Origin: a virus
Reading direction: 5' to 3' (one strand)
Virus record (IMG/VR): IMGVR_UViG_3300017613_000793
Location: 5,195 to 69,194 of that record
DNA: 64,000 bases
The notes beneath the pieces are model-generated. The model did not search any database. It was given only the letters and a program-made list of their open reading frames with translations, and was not told where the DNA came from. Made by a program: the position numbers and the translations under genes. Shown one piece after another: positions 18,579 through 24,775 of the stretch (position 1 is the stretch's first letter; each line of letters opens with the position of its first letter).

Positions 18579-18749
18579 TTATATTTTTTTGTTCATCAGA
18601 TGTGGAAGCTCACAAGCTTCCAGGAATCTGGTCTTATCAAATTTAACATTGTCCCTCTTCAGTATTCCCATAAGGTCAAGCACAAAATCATCATTTGGTT
18701 TATGCTCCTTAATGGAACCAGCCAACGCAACATAATTTTTTCTATGCAT
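18579..18749 (-). CDS. Small phage protein (56 aa, not in the ORF track)
   Basis: RBS AAGGAG; MHRKNYVALAGSIKE...DNVKFDKTRFLEAC. Confidence 0.7.
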   Translation of the reverse strand: MHRKNYVALAGSIKEHKPNDDFVLDLMGILKRDNVKFDKTRFLEACELPHLMNKKI

Positions 18750-18764
18750 TTAAACTCTCCTTTT

Positions 18765-18956
18765 TTAAGATATGTTTACTTCCACAAAAGTAGCATCTTC
18801 ATAGCAACACAACCCAGAACTGATTGCATCCGATATTGCATTCTCAATAAGGTTGGTAGCATAAAAGCTCCACAAGAATACTCTATCAAAATGGTTATCA
18901 TAAATCCAAACTGCATAACCACGAATACTTTCACTAACTCTTTCATTCATTAACAA
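18765..18956 (-). CDS. Hypothetical protein
   Basis: Small ORF in the operon with RBS AAGGAG. Confidence 0.5.
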   Translation of the reverse strand: MLMNERVSESIRGYAVWIYDNHFDRVFLWSFYATNLIENAISDAISSGLCCYEDATFVEVNIS

Positions 18957-20190
18957 TCTCCTTATTTATTTTAGCTTTTGTGATGATGGTCTGTTTGGTA
19001 TCCTGGAACTCTTCAAACTTCTTAATGGTTGCCTTCATGGAAACCACCTGACCTTCAACCAGTCCTTGCCCACTAGAAGCAAACCAAACAAACACATGCT
19101 TCTCATCTGTGAATTTATAGAGATGAGTGATTCCATACTGAGTATCAAAGGTTGTATGGAATACCAATTTTAAATCACTGAGGTCCACCCTGTCCTTGAT
19201 TTCAGCCGGGTAGTATTCAATGGTCTGAGTCTTTTCTGCCCTCTGCTTTTTTTCCTCTATATAACCCATAGCTTTTTTGTAAGCTTCAATCATGTACCCT
19301 GCTTGTCCAACGTGGTAAGAAGGGACGGTTCCGGCTCTTGCAATATTGCGGAGAGTGAACTTAAACTCATTGTCCCAAGCTTCCTCATCAGCAATTTCTT
19401 TTGCCCACTGGATTGCTTCTTGTGCTAAGTCTGCATCTTCCTGGTCTATGATGAAATGTTCATAATGCTTTTTAGCTGATGGTGTCTTTGCGTGCATCCA
19501 ATTGAGTGCATCAACTGCAGTGGCAATACCTAAATCCTGGCTTGCCTTAGCTTTAGAAATGAATCCCTCAGCCTTAGTGATGGTTGCCACTCTGGTTAAA
19601 TAATCTCCCAAATAAAACTCACCAATTTCTTCTTGGCTCCCACGGCCTAAATCCCAATCCTCTTCATTTATGCCTTCCAAGTCTTCCATGATTGCCCAAT
19701 ACCGTGCCAGCTTTTCAGGTGACACATGCCCAGTAAAATCTTTAACACAACTGGAACCAACCTGTCTCCAAGTTCCAAGCATGCTGTGCTGTACAAGGTA
19801 AGCTTTCCGTCTTTTACGATTGCTCAAGCAGTGCTCACACAGATGACTGTTGCCGTTGTCTTTAAGATAAAAGGAAGGGATAGTTGCATTCTTGGAAACC
19901 TTTTTAATCAGAAGTCCAAACTCTTCAGAGAACTCAAACCGTGCTACAAAAGTCCAGCCTGAAATTACAGGTGACTCACCTTCCACGTCAATGGTAACAT
20001 ACGGAACTTCTATAGTTGCCAATCCATGCTTCCAAGTTTTAATCCAAGGTTTAGACACGGTGACTTTGATTTCAGCCACGCCTATCTTGACCGCTCTGTT
20101 CTGAAGCTTCTTGATGGATTTAAGAAACCCCTTCAAACTAACTTCAGGAATTTGAAATTGATTGAGGTTGATGTCTTGGATGCTACTCAT
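18943..20190 (-). CDS. Phage protein with zinc motif and C-terminal OB-like fold
   Basis: CEHC...R.R, QVGSSC.KDF, C-terminal YG.T..YKF.D...FVWFAS. Confidence 0.75.
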   Translation of the reverse strand: MSSIQDINLNQFQIPEVSLKGFLKSIKKLQNRAVKIGVAEIKVTVSKPWIKTWKHGLATIEVPYVTIDVEGESPVISGWTFVARFEFSEEFGLLIKKVSKNATIPSFYLKDNGNSHLCEHCLSNRKRRKAYLVQHSMLGTWRQVGSSCVKDFTGHVSPEKLARYWAIMEDLEGINEEDWDLGRGSQEEIGEFYLGDYLTRVATITKAEGFISKAKASQDLGIATAVDALNWMHAKTPSAKKHYEHFIIDQEDADLAQEAIQWAKEIADEEAWDNEFKFTLRNIARAGTVPSYHVGQAGYMIEAYKKAMGYIEEKKQRAEKTQTIEYYPAEIKDRVDLSDLKLVFHTTFDTQYGITHLYKFTDEKHVFVWFASSGQGLVEGQVVSMKATIKKFEEFQDTKQTIITKAKINKEIVNE

Positions 20191-20363
20191 ATCTGCACCT
20201 TTATTTCTACATAGACTTGGTGCATATCATTGTAATGGGTACAGAAAGCCTTGAGTCCTTTTGCCCGGTGTGCATCTAACATGTCTTGAGCAAAGTGATT
20301 ATCATTTGTTTCATAAACATACCGACATTCTACCCCGGCATACCATTTGTTTTCTCTCTTCAT
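20187..20363 (-). CDS. Small hypothetical protein (58 aa, not in the ORF track)
   Basis: RBS AGGAG; MKRENKWYAG...; ATGA overlaps at both ends. Confidence 0.65.
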   Translation of the reverse strand: MKRENKWYAGVECRYVYETNDNHFAQDMLDAHRAKGLKAFCTHYNDMHQVYVEIKVQI

Positions 20364-20836
20364 TTTTTGTCTCCTATATTATATTCTTTCCAAGTCTTGT
20401 CCCAAACTTCCTGGAGAAGTCTACAATTATTCCTAAGTGACTTGCTTCTGGAAAGGACAACTCTTCTGACACTACCTCTTCTCTCTTCCATACCAAGAGT
20501 CCAACCACTGGGTGAAGTCCAGGAACCAGGAAGTAGAGCCTTGAGTGAACTGTCAGTAGTACATTTCCAACTCATGGTCTCAGTCTTGGAAACAACTCTC
20601 TCAAGTCTAACACTCTTCCAAGCCCAAGGTCTGAGTGCAAGAGCAACAAGAGCACTGGAGAGATTCATATCAGTCAGCTTCAGTTCCCAAGTTCTGTTGT
20701 TCCATTCTTCCAGTTCCTGCTCACTACTCTTCTTAGGAAGAGCACTCATTTTGGCTTGGCTCTTCATCCATCTCTTCAGTTCCTTGCTAGGCTTGCTGAG
20801 ACTTTTCTTACTCATCATCCTTGCTTGCTTATTCAT
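20360..20836 (-). CDS. Hypothetical basic Ser/Trp/Lys-rich protein in compositionally odd DNA
   Basis: RBS GAGGT and ATGA coupling to the next gene; no Phe or His residues. Confidence 0.5.
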   Translation of the reverse strand: MNKQARMMSKKSLSKPSKELKRWMKSQAKMSALPKKSSEQELEEWNNRTWELKLTDMNLSSALVALALRPWAWKSVRLERVVSKTETMSWKCTTDSSLKALLPGSWTSPSGWTLGMEERRGSVRRVVLSRSKSLRNNCRLLQEVWDKTWKEYNIGDKK

Positions 20837-20900
20837 AATTTACCTCTACTTATAATACGACTCAACAGGGTATTTTATTCAATATTGCCAAAATAAAAAT

Positions 20901-20971
20901 AGGTTAGGAATGCCGGAGACCTTGAGCGGTCTGGTTAGAAACATACTTTTTATTTGTGGCATTCCCAACCT
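20901..20971 (-). terminator. Terminal 14-bp stem of the ncRNA cassette followed by a U-rich tract
   Basis: AGGUUGGGAAUGCC/GGCAUUCCUAACCU enclosing hairpin AGACC-GCUCAA-GGUCU, then AUUUUUAUUUU. Confidence 0.55.
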
Positions 20972-21015
20972 TTAAAAAAATATTTATAGGAGAAAATCAG
21001 AAAGCTTAAATATAT

Positions 21016-21097
21016 TGCAGGGAGTGATGGGATTGGATACCCACAACCTTCCGGGTCTGATGCCGGATGCTCTACTAGCATTTGAGCTACACTCCCT
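21016..21097 (-). ncRNA. Aberrant tRNA-like RNA (8-nt anticodon loop, 8-nt T-loop)
   Basis: Acceptor GGGAGUG/CACUCCC, D-stem GCUC/GAGC, anticodon stem UCCGG/CCGGA with loop CAUCAGAC, T-stem GUGGG/CCCAU with loop UAUCCAAU; no encoded CCA. Confidence 0.75.
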
Positions 21098-21156
21098 AAT
21101 CAGCACAAGGTCTTGTCTCATAAGACTCACCTGCACTGTCCATGGCTTGTAAAAAT

Positions 21157-21190
21157 GTGAGGAAGAGCCGGAGGTGGAACCCTTCCCCAC
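21157..21190 (-). ncRNA. Hairpin presenting an anti-Shine-Dalgarno loop
   Basis: GUGGGGAAGGGUU/GGCUCUUCCUCAC stem (several G-U pairs) with loop CCACCUCC. Confidence 0.6.
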
Positions 21191-21236
21191 GGAGACAAAA
21201 AAATGATTAACAAATTTTTTAAATTAAAATTACGGT

Positions 21237-21309
21237 CCGGGTGTCTTGCTCCCCAGTGAAGCAAGAATTTTTTCGTAGTGTTATACCCACCACCTGGATG
21301 TTCACCCGG
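21237..21309 (-). ncRNA. Small three-way-junction RNA
   Basis: CCGGGUG/CACCCGG closing stem, hairpins GUGGUG/CACUAC and UCUUGCU/AGCAAGA. Confidence 0.55.
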
Positions 21310-21349
21310 CAAAAATTTATCAAAGGAGTTTACTATGCAAAATTATATT

Positions 21350-21765
21350 GACACTGTGAGACTTGGACAGACAGTTGAACATTCAGTATTCAAGTCGGCT
21401 ACTCGGTGACAACGAACTTCACAGCCACTCTATGGCTCCATCCATTGGGCTTGGATAATGACTCCAGCCTTACCATACCTAGTTTCAACTTTTTGTAACC
21501 GGGACCACCCGGACCTTGCTCACTCACCACAGGAATGCCCTAGACAACTTGTTCCAGAACAAACGGAGTATGTGTATCTTGTAGACAATCCAAGTATTTT
21601 CGTGTGAGAAGCCGTGGCTCCAATTCATGATATGGCCTTCTCATGGTCTTGTGGGTTGCTTACGCTGAAGCTTCATAGCAGTGACCCCTCACCACGTCTG
21701 CTTCCCCAACGTTCTTGTATCAGTCACAGCACCTCAGCTATGACCCTCACACGTCTCACAGCATC
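21350..21765 (-). ncRNA. Large (416 nt) structured non-coding RNA of unknown class
   Basis: 13-bp terminal helix GAUGCUGUGAGAC/GUCUCACAGUGUC, numerous internal hairpins, G-U pairs favouring the minus strand, no minus-strand ORF, promoter upstream. Confidence 0.72.
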
Positions 21766-21813
21766 CAAACAAAGACAAGGTATTAAGCCCTGTCTGTGTT
21801 ATCTACTTATTAA

Positions 21814-21826
21814 GTTGTCAAAGAAC
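21814..21826 (-). promoter_or_regulatory. boxA-like antitermination element
   Basis: GTTCTTTGACAAC about 25 nt after the predicted start site; resembles rRNA-leader boxA (GYTCTTTRANAA). Confidence 0.6.
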
Positions 21827-21855
21827 TCAGTCACTCAATCCTGGTGACCATTATC

Positions 21856-21885
21856 AGTTTACCAAAAAACTATTTCTCTTGTCAA
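21856..21885 (-). promoter_or_regulatory. Promoter of the ncRNA cassette
   Basis: TTGACA(21885-21880)-18-TAAACT(21861-21856), preceded by TGG; embedded in the 3' end of the sigma gene. Confidence 0.75.
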
Positions 21886-22659
21886 GCACTTTTTTATAAA
21901 AGAACTAAATCTAAATCTATCTGTTGATTCTCTATTAATAGTAATGTCCCAATTCTTTTTTGGAACCATCTTCTTTACTTTCTTATAACACTTACTCTGA
22001 CTCCAATAATGAACTTCAACCTCTTCCATTTTAATTGATTCAGGTTCAAGTTCAGGTTCAACCCATTCTTCTTTTGGCCTTAATGTAATTTCCTTTTTAT
22101 AACAGTTGTTTTGATTCCAATAATGAACCTCAACTTGTTCCATGGTCTCATCTAAATCCTGTGAAGGTTTTGATTTTGGTACAAACTTGTCTCTGATGTT
22201 TCGTATTATCTGAGCAGTCCATCGTTGACTATACCCTAAAACTTTTCCAGCTTCCTCTGTGGACATACCATCAAACACAACCAACTGAACTAAACGCCTT
22301 TGCTTTGGTGTCAACTTGTCTAACAAGTTTTGTTTCTGTTGGAACAATTGTTTAAACTCAAATATATCCATAGGAGTTTTTTTATCTTGCGTATCTTTAA
22401 AAAATGCTTTCTCATGGTCCAACAATCTTCTTTGTTGGTATTTCCATCTAATATGGTCCACCACTGCCCGGTCTGCAATTGTGTAAGCATAAGTTTCAAG
22501 AGTGCTCCTACCCTCAAACTTATCCAACGCCTCAACCAATCTCACATATGCATCAGATATAACATCTTCAATAACTTGGTGTGGTCTACCTGCAAGTTTA
22601 CCATAAATATGCCCACGCATTTTCTGTAGAACCTTATCTGAAATTTCAAACATACTCAT
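21859..22659 (-). CDS. sigma-70 family (ECF-like) RNA polymerase sigma factor with C-terminal duplicated motif
   Basis: Region 2 EDVISDAYVRL...KFEGRSTLETYAYTIA...VDH.R; region 4 LTPKQRRLV.L....GMSTEEAGKVLG. Confidence 0.85.
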   Translation of the reverse strand: MSMFEISDKVLQKMRGHIYGKLAGRPHQVIEDVISDAYVRLVEALDKFEGRSTLETYAYTIADRAVVDHIRWKYQQRRLLDHEKAFFKDTQDKKTPMDIFEFKQLFQQKQNLLDKLTPKQRRLVQLVVFDGMSTEEAGKVLGYSQRWTAQIIRNIRDKFVPKSKPSQDLDETMEQVEVHYWNQNNCYKKEITLRPKEEWVEPELEPESIKMEEVEVHYWSQSKCYKKVKKMVPKKNWDITINRESTDRFRFSSFIKKCLTREIVFW

Positions 22660-22674
22660 GCCTTGAAATTTTTT

Positions 22675-22750
22675 TGGAGCGTCCTGTCAGATTTGAACTG
22701 ACACCCTCAGGTTGGAAGCCTGGAATGCTACCGTTAAACACCAAGGACGC
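22675..22750 (-). tRNA. tRNA-Gly(TCC)
   Basis: Cloverleaf, anticodon loop CTTCCAA, encoded CCA. Confidence 0.9.
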
Positions 22751-22751
22751 T

Positions 22752-22825
22752 TGGCACTGACTGTGGGATTTGAACCCCTTCTCCCGGTAGACAGCCGGGT
22801 GTGTTACCATTACACTACAGCCAGT
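22752..22825 (-). tRNA. tRNA-Asp(GTC), non-canonical
   Basis: Anticodon loop CTGTCTA; extended acceptor helix, short T-stem, G discriminator plus CCA. Confidence 0.7.
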
Positions 22826-22828
22826 GTT

Positions 22829-22904
22829 TGGCAGGTCCGTCTGGATTTGAACCAGAGGCCACGGTTTTGGAGACCGTGATGTTAAGCCACTACACCACAG
22901 ACCT
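22829..22904 (-). tRNA. tRNA-Trp(CCA)
   Basis: Cloverleaf, loop CTCCAAA, G73 plus CCA. Confidence 0.9.
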
Positions 22905-22907
22905 GTG

Positions 22908-22980
22908 CGGAGCATAGGGGAATTGAACCCACTAATACAAGGTTGAAAGCCTTGTGTCCTAACCATTAGACTAATGCTCC
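22908..22980 (-). tRNA. tRNA-Glu(TTC)
   Basis: Cloverleaf, loop CTTTCAA; bulged T-stem; no encoded CCA. Confidence 0.8.
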
Positions 22981-22981
22981 A

Positions 22982-23058
22982 TGGTGGAGACGGTGGGACT
23001 TGAACCCACAACTTCCTGCTTGCAAAGCAGGTGCTCTCCCAAATTGAGCTACATCCCC
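22982..23058 (-). tRNA. tRNA-Ala(TGC)
   Basis: Cloverleaf, loop TTTGCAA, G3:U70 pair, encoded CCA. Confidence 0.93.
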
Positions 23059-23069
23059 AAAAATATTAT

Positions 23070-23144
23070 TGGAGGGTTGGAGTGGATTTGAACCACAATC
23101 TTCCGAGTTCACAGCCCGGTGCTCTACCTTTGAACTACCAACCC
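23070..23144 (-). tRNA. tRNA with GTG anticodon (His-like, lacks G-1:C73)
   Basis: Loop CTGTGAA; acceptor GGGTTGG/CCAACCC, U discriminator plus CCA. Confidence 0.8.
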
Positions 23145-23146
23145 AT

Positions 23147-23222
23147 TGGTGGGAAAGACAAGACTTGAACTTGCAACCCCTGGCTCCCAAAGCCAGTGCT
23201 CTACCAATTGAGCCACTTTCCC
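23147..23222 (-). tRNA. tRNA-Pro(TGG)
   Basis: Loop TTTGGGA; acceptor GGGAAAG/CTTTCCC, A73 plus CCA. Confidence 0.88.
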
Positions 23223-23225
23223 TGT

Positions 23226-23300
23226 TGGCTGTGGTGGATAGATTTGAACTATCAACACCCTGTTTAACAGACAGGTGCTCTACCATTGAGCTACACCACA
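23226..23300 (-). tRNA. tRNA-Asn(GTT)
   Basis: Loop CTGTTAA, G73 plus CCA. Confidence 0.92.
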
Positions 23301-23367
23301 ATCCGGCAGTTTTACTCATTAAAATGCTCCACATAAATGAAGCGTTAGCCACTCTTTCCATGTTTCT

Positions 23368-23396
23368 ATTTTAACACAAAACTGGTGTTTCATCAA
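23368..23396 (-). promoter_or_regulatory. Probable promoter of the tRNA cluster
   Basis: TTGATG-17-TAAAAT with TG extension, just upstream of tRNA-Asn. Confidence 0.55.
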
Positions 23397-23599
23397 CTCC
23401 ACTGACCACCACGCTCATATCTTTTTACTGCTTTAATCTGTGCTACACGTTCACCAAGAACTTCAGACACAGCTTCAAGCATTGCAGTATCCAAAGTATC
23501 CAGTTCTACTATCTTCTCCAACACTTCTACAATGTCAAGCAAGTCATCAGTGTTAAGCCGTCTGCAATGAGTTAAATAAATTAACTTTACTGATTTCAT
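23393..23599 (-). CDS. Hypothetical protein
   Basis: RBS AGGAG; 68 aa. Confidence 0.6.
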   Translation of the reverse strand: MKSVKLIYLTHCRRLNTDDLLDIVEVLEKIVELDTLDTAMLEAVSEVLGERVAQIKAVKRYERGGQWS

Positions 23600-23780
23600 T
23601 TTACACTCCTATATTTATTTAATGGACAGCATGTGTGACAGTCAAATGTTCTAGTGATATTACCATCTGTGTCACGCTCTGTGCCACTCCATTTAGCTGT
23701 ACAAGGGTCCGGGCAGGTCCACTTCTTTTTCATGGACTGAGCCACATTTGTGGACCACTTAGGACGCTTCTTTGGTATTA

Positions 23781-24293
23781 TTAGCTACCTTGTTTTTCCA
23801 ACTTCTCAATAACTTCCATCTTGTCAAAAAGCAGTACCTTCAATTCCTGGATTCTGGATGTTAATTTAGCAACCCTCTTTGATGTGATATTCAACTTGGC
23901 GTTCTTTTCATTATACTCTTCCTGGCAGTTGTGTAACTCTTCCCGGAGTTCTGTCTTCTCTAACTGCAACCGCTCCACATCCTTCTCCACCAAATTCAGC
24001 CTTTCAAGTCCCACAGTCGTTGCTTCAAGCTTCTTACTGATGTCGTCTACAGCCTTTTGTAAATCTTTCTTTATCCGGGTCTCATCTTCTAACCTACTTT
24101 CCAAGCTCCTGATTTTACCACGACTTTCTTCATGTCCATAAATGATTTGACGTATGTCCGGTCCAAGGTCATCCAGAATCTGACGCTCAACATAGTGCAT
24201 CATGTTTCCAAACATGTTATCCAGATAACCCCCCTTTTCAATCCGGCCTAAGAACAACTTAAATTGTTTAATCTCTTCCGCTTTACTTTTCAT
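23781..24293 (-). CDS. Coiled-coil hypothetical protein (start at MKSK)
   Basis: RBS AAGGAG before ATG at 24293; heptad-rich C-terminal half. Confidence 0.7.
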   Translation of the reverse strand: MKSKAEEIKQFKLFLGRIEKGGYLDNMFGNMMHYVERQILDDLGPDIRQIIYGHEESRGKIRSLESRLEDETRIKKDLQKAVDDISKKLEATTVGLERLNLVEKDVERLQLEKTELREELHNCQEEYNEKNAKLNITSKRVAKLTSRIQELKVLLFDKMEVIEKLEKQGS

Positions 24294-24478
24294 TTTTTCT
24301 CCTTTAATATAATTCGTTACCAACCAATTTCCAAACATAAAAAGTGTTGTCATGAATCCTGACATCCCTCACGCCCTCTTTCATCAAATCATACTGCTCA
24401 CACAAGAATGTCAGACTTGCTTCATCACCATAAATCTTTTTCCACTTTTTAACAAACTTAACTTTACTACCCTTCATC

Positions 24479-24643
24479 TTATTTACTCTCCTTTCCGCTT
24501 ACGATACGGAACGCTTTTTCGCTTGCAGAATCTTTATCCATACCGTCAGCAATAAACTCCTGCATGAGTTTCCAGTGACGGTCCAATCGGTTCTCAATAT
24601 TTTTCAGTTCACGTTTGCCTGGACGTAGGTTACCTAGAGCCAT
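24479..24643 (-). CDS. Small hypothetical protein (start at MALG)
   Basis: RBS GAGGAG before ATG. Confidence 0.55.
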   Translation of the reverse strand: MALGNLRPGKRELKNIENRLDRHWKLMQEFIADGMDKDSASEKAFRIVSGKESK

Positions 24644-24775
24644 TGTTTTTCTCCTCTTCATCAACAGGTTCGTGCTTGCAAAAATCTTCCGGCCTAACAC
24701 ACACCATGTCTTCTATTAAGTAATGCTCACACTTGTGCCACAGACACAAGGTGTTATCCTTCAAGTTGTATGCCA

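Noticed and set aside
21016-21097. Genome-wide UGA recoding or a selenocysteine tRNA
   Set aside because: Genes are intact in the standard code and many end in TGA; the RNA lacks the long variable arm of tRNA-Sec
21350-21765. RNase P RNA, tmRNA or self-splicing intron identity for the large RNA
   Set aside because: No GAGGAAAGUCC core, no tRNA-Ala-like ends, no flanking exons or evident group II domain V; only a covariance-model search can fully exclude these
20984-21847. ORFs 20984..21190, 21127..21312 and 21614..21847
   Set aside because: No convincing RBS, atypical composition, and they overlap strongly base-paired RNA modules
22646-23374. ORFs 22646..23011, 22966..23361 and 23069..23374
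   Set aside because: They are translations across the tRNA genes
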